Assembly (NCBI GenBank): GCA_002269645.1
Contig: NIVC01002836.1
Coordinates: forward strand, 72,854 to 136,853
DNA: 64,000 bases
Direction of reading: 5' to 3'
Source of the DNA: Macrostomum lignano
Lineage: Eukaryota
The translations under genes and the position numbers were made by a program. The notes under the pieces are model-generated. The model worked only from the letters and a program-made list of their open reading frames with translations. It did not search any database and was not told where the DNA came from. Positions 41,301 to 54,100 of this stretch are shown in pieces; position 1 is the stretch's first letter, and each line of letters begins with the position of its first letter.

Positions 41301-41615
41301 AGCGGGTGGACTCGAGAAGAGATCAGAGCGGGTGGACTCGAGAAGAGATCAGAGCGGGTGGACTCGAGAAGAGATCAGAGAGGGTGAACTCGAGAAGAGA
41401 TCAGGTAGACTCGAGAAGAGATCAGGTAGACCCGAGAAGAGATCAGTTAGGCTCGAGAAGAGATTAGGTAGGCTCGAGAAGAGATTAGGTAGGCTCGAGA
41501 AGAGATCAGGTAGACTCGAGAAGAGATTAGAGCGGGTAGACTCGAGAAGAGCAGTCAATCTCACCTTGTATGAGACGTGACTCTGCAGAGCCGCATCTGA
41601 AGTGAACTCAGGCAT
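38389..41615 (-). CDS. Ankyrin-repeat protein with a Cys-rich C-terminal region; exons 41615-41565, 41151-40592, 38989-38389; 403 aa
   Basis: GT-AG junctions in phases 0 and 2 give one uninterrupted frame: MPEFTSDAALQSHVSYK|AQPLSRR...GDNGWTPLHYCALGG...LLAAGADPDVFDDSGWTPLHQSADKNSLRVAAELL...GRTPMSLAA...IVRLLL...AEDS|TQARVARMSPRK... About three ankyrin repeats. Confidence 0.85.
38997..40527. repeat. 20-bp minisatellite (CAGAT[C/T]GGGGCAG[T/G]GTCT[C/G]T), about 76 copies, filling ankyrin intron 2
   Basis: Direct reading; produces the three spurious ~500-aa + ORFs. Confidence 0.97.
41165..41550. repeat. 26-bp (GATCAGAGCGGGTGGACTCGAGAAGA) then 21-bp repeat filling ankyrin intron 1
   Basis: Direct reading. 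Confidence 0.95.
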
Positions 41616-42018
41616 TTCGACAGAGGCTCAGTATAAACAGTTGTTACTGGGAAAGAGTCTGTGAAATTCACAGCTAGCTAGAAATAGCTGTTTACAAACA
41701 TATTCATATATTTATATATGCGAGTATGACGTTAAAGCAGCCAGACTACACCCCACCCCATTCGGTGTGGAAACGTTGGAAAGGTGAAGATAATTAAATA
41801 ATGTCATTCTGCCAGCCTTTAGTGGTTGGCGGCGGGTAGACAGTCTGCAGTTGAAGCTGTGCATTCATTGTCTCTCTGGTGGTGGCTGAGCGAGCCGTCA
41901 ACAGAGAGCGCCGACTTGACTGCGTGTTTTGCCAATTCTCTCAAAATAAAAACAATTCACAATGGCTACTTATATTTTGTGTATTAATTTATATTTTTTT
42001 TTAAATCGCATAATTTTA

Positions 42019-42805
42019 TTATGGGTAGGCTGCCTGGGTTGAAACGCGATTGAAACGCTCTACATTTGTCCGCCGTCACTGTCTATGGTTGAAGCATATT
42101 TCAATTATATTCAATTCATCACTTATAGCCACTGTATATTTCACTGCCAACAAACACAAGACCAAACACAACAGGAATGAAACACGAAGTAAACGAAATA
42201 ATCCAGTAAATAACGCTTGGAAGCCCAAAATGATATGTGGCTGGAGAGTTCATCAATAGTTACCTCAATAGTTTTTTGAATCTCAATAACAGATATTTTT
42301 TGAAGCGCTTCACATGGAGAGCGGTTTGATCCGTGGTCGATTTGCGTTTGGCAGCCACTTCGACGTCTTGCACAGCAGCTTCCTCTTCTTCCGTCAGTTC
42401 CCGCAGAAGCTCGGCATTATTCAGAATGCTTGGATTGGACAATTCTGCGTCAATCAACTCCTGCTGTCTTACGGTCACACCGGTCCACTGACTAACTTCT
42501 TCACCAGGATCACGATGTCATTCATTCAAACTCAATCTCATTCATTTCTAAACCGCTAATATCTTCCTCTAGTATTGATTCCCAGTGAAACATGGCTAAT
42601 TCCGAACCTTAAAGCTGTTTAAATCTTATTTTCTCTCCCACCCACCAAGAGAAGAATGCTTCAAACTCTATTTGGGTTTCAACCATAGACAGTCTCCGCG
42701 GACTGCGAAACCGCCACGAAGCATATAGCTAAAGCTTTTTCAACCATAGACAGTTTCTGTGGACGTGAAACCGCGTTGTGCGTCCGCGCTTCAGCCTACC
42801 CATAA
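42019..42805. mobile_element. Probable non-autonomous DNA element with imperfect terminal inverted repeats
   Basis: Perfect 14-bp IR TTATGGGTAGGCTG (42019-42032 / 42792-42805) plus subterminal 16-bp IR ACTGTCTATGGTTGAA (42078-42093 / 42739-42754, with an extra copy at 42678-42693). Confidence 0.55.
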
Positions 42806-42883
42806 CACTAATATGGACTGGCTGTTCGGACTGAAATGAACTGAAACGCCGAGGCCAGCCAGCCAGTCCATATTAATATATTA

Positions 42884-43797
42884 TTCCTTTTTGCGGCCTA
42901 GTTGGCACTGCAAGCTCTCAATCTAATCATAGATACGGAAATCAGGCTTGCGAGACTGAAATTTTCTGTCTATGGTCGACACTCGTTGGCATAGCGGAGT
43001 TCAATTTAATCCTGGGGGCATCAATTTGGTCATTCTAATCATATAACGTTATATATCCAGTTCTATAACACAAGTCGTTTACTTATCATTGAGAAAATGT
43101 AAAACAGAACAATACAATAAACAAATAAAAAGCTTTAGCGTCGGATGTAGTCGAGTCAGGCTGGAATAAACCTCAGCATCTGCCGGTACCAGCCTCCGCA
43201 TTTTGCAACGGTCACTTCACGGGTTGGGTCCTCTGCAACCCTCTGTAGGACAAGGATTCGCCACTCTCGTAGCAAATGACCATCAGGCGGAGTGTCCAGC
43301 TCTTCTTGCAGTTGTGGTTGAGCCAGCTGGCTTTTGTCTGCCTTCAGGCAGGCGTGCGCGGTTCTCCACAGGATTGAGGAATGGCGAATATGGAGGCGAT
43401 GTCACCAGGCGCCAAGCGGGCTGAAATTGATCTGGGATGTCACTCCATGATGAAAACGGACGTCATCCATGATCATACAGACTCCTCGCCATCAGGTACA
43501 TCACCACGACTCGTCACGCTTTGCACCAGATCATTGATGAACGTCTGGAACCTGACTGCCGTCATAGTCTCTCCGAAGATCATATGATGTAAAAACAAAT
43601 TAAAAACAGGTTTCGCTGACAGAAAAAATGTGCATTGAATTCATAGAATGATCAAATTGATGTCCCCAGGATTAAATTGAACTCAGCTATGCCAACGAGT
43701 GTCGACCATAGACAGAGAATTTCAGTCTCGCAAGCCTGATTTCCGTATCTATGATTAAATTGAAAGCTTGCAGTGCCAAGTAGGCCGCAAAAAGGAA
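42884..43797 (-). mobile_element. Internally deleted Tc1/IS630-like transposon (914 bp) with long ~154-bp TIRs
   Basis: TIRs at 42884-43037 and 43644-43797 are near-identical and flanked by TA. The interior on the minus strand retains frameshifted DDE_3 motifs IMDDVRFHH (43448-43474) and PPYSPFLNPVE (43364-43396). Confidence 0.85.
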
Positions 43798-44939
43798 TAG
43801 CTACTAAAATATATAATGATTCAGAGAAGCGTCTGGTAAAGAAAAAAATTTTTTAGAAAAAAATCAGGCGCTCAAATTCTTTAAGTTTTCATTCGGATTT
43901 TTGACATTTTTTCAGCTATATAGATTTCGTCTACTGACATCAGTAGAGCGCGCCGGGTGTGGCAAATAAATTTTGCGATAGGCGTAAAAATCTGCCGCCA
44001 TTTGTGACGAAGAAAATTTGAACGATGAACTGCAGATAAAAATCTGAGTTTAGAATGTTTTGCACCGAAAATTCGTACGAAAAGCATCGGAATTGCACCA
44101 ATTAAGGGCAATAAAGGTGTATAGGTTAATTTTAAATCAGCACAATTTATGCTAAACTGTGATGTTATTATCTACCTACAGCAGGTCAGTTTGGGTTCAC
44201 CAAAGCTTGACTGTCCCCGAAGGATGAAAAGTTTTTTGTTTATCTTCTATTCAGCTGTTCAGATTGCGAATTCAAATGCATACTGAATGTTGCTGTTTAC
44301 AAATACGATGAGATTTTTGTTGCAATTAAAGGTGTGAATCGTTTAGTTGTGTAAAATACGATCACATGACTGCCCCTGGAACTGCAGCATGGTGTGCTGC
44401 AGCAATTTTGACCTCTAAAAACTGTTCTGCAGCCTTTATCTGTCAGCTGACTCACAGCTGCTGGTAAGATTTCCAGGGCCCTGCTAGGATTAACAGGAGA
44501 AATCGGCATGCTCGATGGAATTTGGACCGAGGTGCGCCATTTTTAGCTCCATTATCGATTAAAAATTCCAACTTGAGGGTTGGTTATTTCTCAACCGATT
44601 TTGTCTATGGCCGAACTCTATTCAGTGCCCCACAACAGTTGAACTAAAATTCATGCCGCAGAAAAATGTCTAACTCAGTAACAAAATAGGTCAATTATTT
44701 TGCATGACTATGAACGATTAGTACGAAATGAATTCGTCAACAATGGATTTAATATGAAGAAGTGCGGATTAAGAAATGTATTTTTTAAACAAAATCGACT
44801 TAAATGATTGTCGATGCGAACTCTCGTACTATTGAAGGTCTTGAGCAAGCGAATTTTTTTGTTCAATGTTTTACCCGTTTGAGCTTGAGCACTTGCCTAG
44901 CGCTGTTTTTTTGGCTTTAATCTGTAGTTTAAGCTATAG

Positions 44940-44945
44940 TTTATT
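44940..44945 (-). terminator. Candidate polyadenylation signal AATAAA for the lipid transfer protein gene
   Basis: About 185 nt downstream of the TGA at 45129; position is the only evidence. Confidence 0.3.
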
Positions 44946-45128
44946 ATTGACATTGATTATAAATTTGTTTTACTTGCCAAACTCTGCTTCAAGGATGCAA
45001 TTTTTAGCGTCTATAATCGTGCTCACAGCTAAAGTAAGGGGCAATCTGGATTGATCAGCATTGCAATGAACGGTCAGTGTGAGTTTTTTCATTTGCGATC
45101 GACAGAGTCTGTCCAGTAATCCGTCTCG

Positions 45129-48100
45129 TCATTCGCCAGTGCGTCGGCAGCGCAGTCGGGCACTCTGGCCGCAGCCGCTGGCGCCGCACTGGCACTCCTG
45201 CGCGGCTGGGTGCGCGCTGTCTCGCGCCAGTCTGTCGGCAAAGGAGCGCGCGAAAAGCGTCGCCTGGCTGCCGTACTGGCGCCGGCGCAGGTAGCGCAGG
45301 TCGAAGGCGGCGCCGCCGCTGCCGGCCGCCAGACGGGCGCACTTGCCGGTGGGCAGGCGGGTGAAGCCGCGCAGCACCGCGCTGCCCTCCGGCGCCTCGG
45401 TCGAGAAGGCGCGCCCGGCGTCGACGCCGAAAGCCTGCGACCGACGGCCGTAGGCGAAAGTGGGCAGGCGCAGCTCGGCCAGCAGGTGCAGCCGGACTCC
45501 GGACTCGTCCAGGGCGCGTCGTACCGACTGCAGCGTCCGGCGGCCCTCGTGGCACTCGTCGCAGGTCACGAGGATCACATGACGGGCTGCGTGTGGCCGG
45601 AGTTCCGGGAAGCGAGCCGCCAGCCGGACTGCGTCGAGAGCGTCGGCGCGGGCTTCGGCGCCAGCGTCGGCGATGTCATGGGTCTCAACGGCGGCTAGCG
45701 CGGCGGCCAGCTGGTCGGCGCTGCCGGTCAGTTCGCCGGCCATGGTGTGCCAGTGCGGCCGGGCGCTGGATCCGCGCCTGTGGTGCGCCGGGTTCCCGAA
45801 GCCCAGCAGGCCGAAGCGGACGTCAGAGACGCCGGCGGCGACCAGGCTGCTCCGCATCTGGACGGCCAGTTCCGGCAGGCGGCGCACGGTGTCGCGGCCA
45901 AGACAGCCGCGCTCCTCCAGCACGATCACAACGTCGGCCGCTGTCCCGGTGGAGCTGATGCGCTCTCGCTGGCCGGCCAAGAGCTGACGAAAGCCAGTGC
46001 CAGAGCGGAGATCGCAGCGAGTGCACTGGGCGGGCGCCTGCAACCCCCTGAAACCCTTGGCGGCGCAGTGGCGCATGTAGGCCACGGCTGCCAAGCAGGT
46101 CTGCTGGCCTCCGGAGCGACGCTCGTGCGCGCAGATCTCCATAAACGGCGCCGGATTTACCAGGCCGAAGCAGCGTCGGAACGGAGAGCGAGACGCGACG
46201 AACAAGCGCTCGCATTCTGGATGAGGCCGCTCACCGGCTCCGCGTCTGCGGCTGCCACTGGCCAGGTTGGCGTGGCGGCAGCGGCCAAGTCGCCAAGATC
46301 GGGTGAAGCGCAGCAGGTCTTCGCTTCGTTGGCCGTTGCTCTCCGTCAGATCGTTGAACGCCTCATTGTCGAAGTTGCCCAGCAAGCCTCCAAGCCGAGC
46401 GTGGTACCAGCCGGACACGCTGATCGTGTGCGAGTTCGACTCGGGGTCTACAAAGATGGTAAACAAGTGTCCAAGATCCTTGGCGTGCAGTCCAGAGGCG
46501 GTGCGCACAATGCTGAGGTTTCCAACGCTCAACGGAAGCTCCTGTTTAACGCCATCCACCAGCACGTGCAGCTTCGGCGTCACCGTGACGCGCTTTCCGT
46601 ACGCGTAGACATCCAGGCTCTTGCCGGACCGACTGTAGGTCATGGTCATCGCCCAGCTGCGGCCGCGGAAGTCCCTAGTCAGCAGGTAGGTGCACTCGCT
46701 GCCGCGGAAGTCGAAGTGCCGCCCGTCGAATGTGACGATGTGGTCGCCAATCACAGAGGCGACGCCCTTGAACTTTGGAATCCAGGAGCCGGACGGCATG
46801 TCAAAGTCTGGGATGGCATCGTAGACGACGTCTCTCGCGGCGGCGAGCTTGCGCCGAACGGTGTTGTAGGAGTTGCGAAATGAGTTGTAGCTGGCGGAGA
46901 GCCGGCTGTGGACATCCTCAGACCGGATGATGGCAGCGACTGCAGATCGTTCCACGCCATCGGGGAGTAAACTTGAGCCTCAAATCGGCCTTGCTGGATG
47001 TCCTTCTCGATGATGACATTTTTAGACAAGCCTAGGTAGTCGGTAGCCAGTCCGATGGAGTTTTGACGGAGATACTCCACAGCCTGCAGGTAGTTGTCCT
47101 TCGCAAAATCCTTCAGATTCTGCTCGATGTTGAAGTGATCTAGGAACCACTTTGACTGTTCGTACGCTCCGGAAACCAGAGAGCTGGCTAGTTGTGCATG
47201 TCGGTTCTCCATGAAGCCGTTCAGGCTTTGGCGCATGTGGAGCTGGGCGCTGCCGATCATGCTGGCCGTGTGGTCCGTCAGCTGGCCGAATCGACTCTCG
47301 ATGTTCCGGTGAGCTGTGAGAGCTACAGAGTGCAGTTGTGACGGGAGCTGGCCAAATGACTGGTAGGTCACGAACTGTACCGACCTGGCAACTCGCCTGT
47401 GAAGCTGCTGAACCATCGGATGGCCAACAACTTTGCTGTGAAAGCTTGAGTAGGCGCTCAGAGTTGCCTGTAGTCCGCTGTGCGCAGCATCTAGAGCTGG
47501 CCGAATAGTGTCTACGGCCGCATTAACATATCGCAGGGTGTGGCGGTTCAAGCTGGCGTAGACGCGGTCCGAATGCATCCGGTACATTCTGTAGGCGCGG
47601 TTTATCCCGCCTTTGCACCAGCTGTAGTGCTCCCTGGCCATTCTGTGCAGCTGTCCGCCATAGTAGCGCGCTCCGGCTATTGCCCGGCTCATGTGCGGGT
47701 GAATGTGCGCCCGGTAGACCTGGCTTGTCCGGGCATAGCTGTACCTGGCCGCGGCGGAAGTGTAGAAACCAACGGTAGCCGCAGTTTTGCGAACAAACTG
47801 ACAGATGTCACGGCTGTAGAACTCGTTGCGCGAATACATCTGCTCAAACTGCTCATTCATGTAGGCCACATCGCGATGCATGGATCGCAGCTCCTCGCTG
47901 GCAAAGTCGGCAGCACTGCTCAGGTCAGGAAGCACGATGTCGCTGCTCAGCTTAGCCAGTAGGTCTCGCACGCAGGAGAATCGCAGAGATCGCACAAAGC
48001 CGCTTACTTCAGCGTACATCGATGGCAGCCGGTCTCGCAGTGTCGAATAGTGCAGCAGGGCATAGGTCGGGTTCCAGTGCACGCGGGTTCTTATCAGATT

Positions 48101-51100
48101 CCTGGTCTTCATTTGTACTTCGGCCAACAGGTGCTGCATCTTCACCTGGTTGGTTGTGCGGTGGATATCAATTCTCAAGTGCCTGCTGTTGGGGTACCCG
48201 ATGGCGGCAGAAACGCGGTCGTTCTGTCGCGGCTGATAAATGAACTCCAGATCAGGCTTGTCCGGTCGAATTAGCAGCTCGAAGCTCTTGCCATGAGTGG
48301 TTAGAGTGTACTTTTTCAGCTCGGGCTGCTCGTCGCGGGTCAGTTCAAAGCTGCACTGTCTGTTTGGCGATGTCATTTCGAGACGAACTCCGTTTGAGCT
48401 GATCCTCAGGGCTGCGTTCATGCGCTTGCTCTGCCCATCGGAACCAGCGTATTCGAGAGACAGGACGCCTTCGCTCTGCATATCCGTCTTTTTTAGCCGA
48501 CCGCCGAACTTTACGTTGACCTTGCCGCTGTCCTGGAAGAGCCTACCAGAGATTTGAATCGTTTTCAGAGCGACCCGAGTTCCTTGCAGTTCCAGCACGA
48601 TCGTGTCCTGCCTGTTGTCTGTGATATCAACTTCGAGGCGATTTGAGAAAACAACTTGGCGCTCGTTCATCAGCGAAGTGAAGAGAATCGAATACGGCTT
48701 CTTATTAGCGACCTGGAGCCGAGCTTGCCAGCGAGTTTCTTGTTCGGCTTGAATGAGCTGCCCATCTTGACTCGGATCACCTATCGCTGGAGGACCTGCC
48801 CGCGTCGTAGTCAAGGCTGGCGCTCAGCTGCGCTTCCTCCTGCGACTTCTCCATTTCGATGGACGTCTCCAAGCGTCTTGTAGGCAGTGCCAGAGAAATA
48901 GTAGCTGAAGCTGCCTTCTTCAGGTAGTCACTCTTGTTCACGGTACGGATCGTCAATACTAGCGGCGCGGTCGTCGGCTGGTCAGGCGTAAACTCTAACT
49001 TAAAATCGAATCCCCTGGGCGCAATCTTGACCTCTCTGCTCAGGGCGACAGTCCGGTAGGGTGTTCGCAATTTCACGAAGGACTTGCCGCTCAGGCTGTA
49101 GTCATTCTTCTGAACTTGAGCGTTTAGGTGAAAAGGAACCGCATCTCCGTTAGTGATCTTGAGCTCCACAATTCTGACGTCGCCGAGGCTAAGCCTATAG
49201 TTGACTGTTACAGGCTGCGTAATTTCCATACTGATCACGCCTTGCTCCCGACTGCTGTTGATGCTCAGCCGGTGCCATCTCTGGTCGTCAACCACAAGAC
49301 TGGATGAGTGCTTAAAGAGGCCGTCTCGGAGACCATGACCGATCTCGATCTTAGCGTTCCTCATCGAGCTCATAGATGTCTCAATCTGCACAGTTCCATC
49401 CACCTGGGTTCCGAGACCATTGTAGTTCAATGTGCCGATGGCAGAAATCTTGACGAAATGACCGTGAGGCAGCTTCACAAGAATGCGCAGTCGCGACCTT
49501 GATTCCTCCTCGTCGGCAATAATCTTCAGGCCGACTTTCTCAAAGCCTGCGAATGGAGTACTGGCTCGTAGGTTCAGAGTCGTGGACGTCATGTTGCAGG
49601 CTAGGCTGATTTCCTGACCGTTTACAGCAGCAGCGAAACGGCCAGACTGGTCATTGTGGATCAAAGTCAGCTGAAGCTGTCTGAACCCGGCATGCGGAGT
49701 CTCCGCCTTCCAGCTGACGATCCCACGAGGAATTTCAGTTGTTCTCGGTTCTTTCACGACGTTTAGCGAGGTCGAGTAGCGCAGGCTATTTGCTTCAAAG
49801 GTGGCGACGGCGGAAAGCTTCCCAGGCAGGTTGCCGGTAAGAGACATGACTGTGCTGATCTTGCTGACCGGTAGGAATGGCGTCTGTAGGTCAATTTTGA
49901 ACATCTTCCTAGCACCAGTGTCGATTTCGAGCTTGCACTGTAGAACTTTCTCAGCGTATTGGATCTCCGTATCGATGCTGACTTTGTTCGGCTGCAGAGT
50001 TGGCTGGATCGAGAAGGACAGGTGCGACAACATGGGACAGCTCGATCTCAAAACGAGGCTGTATGATTTGTCAGCTTTCAAGTGCACAAATGATACATCC
50101 ATCCAAGAAACAGTGGCTTCCAGTTCCCTGTTTAGCGCAACTTTCAGAGCCAAGTTTCTCAGCGGAGTAATCTGCTCAGTCAGCCTCATTTCCACAGCCC
50201 ACTGCGAGGCGGCTGTCACGGCGATTTTGCTTGTGTAGACCAGCGGTTGCCAGTCGTCAAGGCTCATTGTCAGAATCTGTTGCATCTGGCGCCAGCTCTC
50301 ACCAATTTGCTTAAATTCGAACTCAGCTTTGCGATTCGGCAGAGCGGCTACCATGTCTGAGTGATCCATGGTGACTTTTAAGACGATATTGTCGATTGAT
50401 TCGAGTCGAACTTCAACGCTTGTGTCCAGCTTTCCTGACTGAGTGCTCACCATTCCGGTGTATTCGAAGCTCTTAAAGTTTCCTTCTAGCTTTTTGTTGA
50501 TTTCGATCTTTCCGTGAGGCGTTTCAAAATTGCCTTTAACGACTAGCGAGTTCTGGCTGGCCTGAAGCACAGCATTCACCACCAGGAGACGCGGAGACTC
50601 CGCTGTGGCAGCTTTCATCTCCAGCGCATAGCAGGTCGGACACGTCCGCTTCACTGACGCTCCGGCTCCAATGATTTTGTGATAGTAGTTTGACTTGAAC
50701 CAGGCGGCTCTCTCATTGAGCGAGTTCACGAGCTTCAGGTGGTGGTACTTGATGCCTATCGCGCTGTCTTCGTATTCGAGCTTCTCTGGGGTCCAGGAGA
50801 AGTTCTTTGTCAGCAGCCGTTCAGCAGCACGTTGAACGATAACGCCAGACTGCAGGGACACGCCTCGGAGACGATGACCCTCGGCATTGATGCGCCATTC
50901 CCCAGCTTCAACTTCGTGCCTCCATTCGTGCCTTCTTTGTTCGTCCATTCGATGACTGAAGTCAAGCTTGCAGCCAAGACCCTGGAAGTTCGCTTCTAGG
51001 TGCTTTCCGTCTTCGATTTTGAAACTTCCCACGACAGAGTGAGTCTTTGTCATCATAGAGAGACTGTGGTGGAAACTAAAGTCTTTGAACGATCGGTGCT

Positions 51101-54100
51101 GATGAGCCAGACGCAGGCTATTGAATGGAGCCGCGATTTCGACCAGCTTGTCTTCGCCAGCCAGATTCCAGCGGGCACGAAATTGGAACGGTCCGTTATC
51201 ACTGAAAGTCAAACTGCTGAGCACTCGTCCTGCGGCAAAGTTCGACTCGGAAGTCACTTGACCCTCGAAGTTGAAAGACGGCGGCAGAATCGAGGATAAG
51301 AGACATGAATCACAAGTCATTCGATGGTCAAAGCTGAAGTCCTGTCCACTTCTGTGGGTGTGATGGAGCTTCAGTTGAAAGCTACCCGCATCGACAGTTA
51401 GGTTTTTCGCTAATCCTTCCACGTTCCATTGTCCCTTGATCTGCGCCTCGCCATTGTTCAGGCTCACGGTTCCGACTTTCCACGTGGGACTGGCGTTCAG
51501 GACTCCGGTAATATTCTGGGTTCCGCTTGGCAGAATAGCGACGATGTGGACTCTTCCAGATGTTTCTGTCTCCTTGAAAAACTCGAGCCTTCCGAAAGAG
51601 TTGTGGCTGATCTTTAGTGTCTTTCTAGGCGACACGAAATTCCACGAACTGCTGATCATCTCACTTTCGGCTGCTTCGTTCTGACCAAGCGTAACTTTCA
51701 CCTTTCCTTTCCAATCGATTTTGTGCTCCCATGTGAAAATTTTCGGGCAGCGCTAGATGACAGGCGCGAACTTGCTCTCATGGAAGCCTCGGAGAGCCGA
51801 AACAGGACAGCGGGATCATACACCCCACTGGTGCTGAGTTTGCTCATGCCCAGGTCGATTTGATGACGATAGTGAATTCGGCCGTCGATTCGTCTGCCAC
51901 TCAGGTCGATCTCCATACCGTTGAACTTGACGTAAACCTGTCTTGATTCGCCAATCAGATCCCAGTTCGAATTGACCTGAACGTCTGCTAGTGGTCCTCC
52001 GCTGTGCAAGATTGACACAGTACCATGGCGCCAGCTCCGAATCTTGTGATCAATAGTTGTCGTAGAATCAACTTGCAAAGGCTCGCTGAGAAAATCGATT
52101 TGAGTGGACGTCGGTGCAAAGCGGCTGTTCAGTTTGTACAGGACTATCTCGCGAAACTGTGCCTCCGCGCTGACCTGTTCACCACTGATTCTGACCTGAT
52201 TCCTGAAGAGGCTTGTCTCGTCGCGATGCAAGGTCGTTTCGGCGCTCAGAACTCGCAACTCCTGGTTTGCTGAAGACTTGTGCAGCACTCTCCATCCGGC
52301 AACAACCATCTTAGCGTGGCAACTGTAAGCCTTCCAGCCATTGTGCAGGTGTTGTAGTTTCAGCTTGAATGGAGAAGCAGCCGCCGACTCCAGCGAAACG
52401 TAACTGTCAATCTCTGTGCGATATTCGCTGCTCGAAGAGGGCCTAACAACAAAACCGGCTTTAAACTCGTGCTTTTCGTCTCCACGAGTAAGAGTGTAAC
52501 GGCAGCTAAATTCCTTGATGGACTTGTGCGTGTGCTCCAGGTTAAGCTGAGTATCTCCAACCCTGAGTTCTCCTCGGACACTCTGGCCATTCAGCTTCCA
52601 GTTTCCACCGATTTTGGGAAGTTGGTGACTTCCAGTCTGCTCGAAGCTGACGGTCCCCTCGCTTCCACTGGTTTCATGTCTCAATCGAGCGTCGGTGTGA
52701 AATCCTGTCAAAGCGCTGGAGAACTTCAAACTAGAAGACTTTGTAGAATAAGTTCCGGACAAAGTGCCAATATTTGTTGGGCCGCTCTTGTGCCTGATGA
52801 TGTAGTGCCCAGCACCAATCTTCACTTCGTTCTCGTGATCCAACAGGTTGAATACGGAGCTGATTTGTTTATTTTTCCAGTGGATGCGACCGGAGTGAGT
52901 GGCCGACAGGTCCCCGTAGGCAATTTTTGAGTTCCAAGCCGAGTCCCCGAAAATCGAGTTGTAGTGGCACTGAACCTCCGCATTAGACGGCTCGGCGAAT
53001 GGTGTTTCCATTTTGGCACTGACTTCAAGCTGGTGGGTGAAGTCTTTCTTGTTGGATGCCTTGCGCTCCATTCTGGCGTTCATATCCAGGTAGCTCTTGC
53101 CATTGTATTGGATCGAGTGTCTGAGACTGCCGTGCGCCTCACCCATCTCAGTAACAGCTCGTGTTCGCAACTCTCTAACGGGACTCTTGTAGTACAGACC
53201 GCCGTCAACGGTGTTGGTGTCCCTCAGAAGGTGGCCATTCAGGATGTACTTTCGATCTCCAATGCTATACTCGTGCTTCACTCGGTGCCGTCCAGCTCCA
53301 TGTTCGTGGTGCAGCTCCACAGAAATTGGTTTCCATGGGTTCGCAACTTCCAGCTTAGTTTTGAATGTGCTGTCATCAACTTTCACGTGCTCGACATGGG
53401 CAGAAATTTCGTGCGTTCCGTAGACAAGGCGAATCTTGGGGTTAGAGAAACTCTTAAAGTCAGTGGTGAGCAGAATTTTCTTATTTCCTGCTACGTCGGC
53501 TTCCAAACTGAGCTGTCTGCTATCGGCATCCAATACACACTTTGCGGCGCTTCTCTGACCCAAAACCTGAACGTCAAATGATCCGCTGTGGTAGCGTTTC
53601 CAGTAGCCGATTTCCTGCTTCGTATTGCAGCTGAAAACCACCTGCTTCTTAATCAGGATATCCAGCCTTTGGTTGAAGCTCTGCGCCTCGTACCCGGACT
53701 TGCTGCAGCTTGCGATCAACTCTACCATTTCGTCGCCATTCTTCTTGAGTGATAGGCTAATTTTTCTACTTGCCATCTTCATTTGAGTCTGGATGCGAGT
53801 ACCAAATGCGCTGAGGTCGAGTGTCGAATGCAGTTCATTCGGATAGGTAGCAACCAGTTTTGCCTTTAGTGGCTGGTCCTCAGGTAGGGCACTCGACTTG
53901 ACTTGCAGATCGGTTTCAAACTGTGCTTGGTTGATCTTGGAGGTCCACGACAAACTGTGCTGAGCACCGCCATCTGTCGATAGCTGAAGCTCAGCTCCCA
54001 GTTCCCAATCCCCGAGGAAGACAGCCAACCTCGAGTGAACTTTGAATTCAGATTAGCGTCGAGCTTGGCTCCGAGGGCATTCACACCAACAGTAAGTTGC

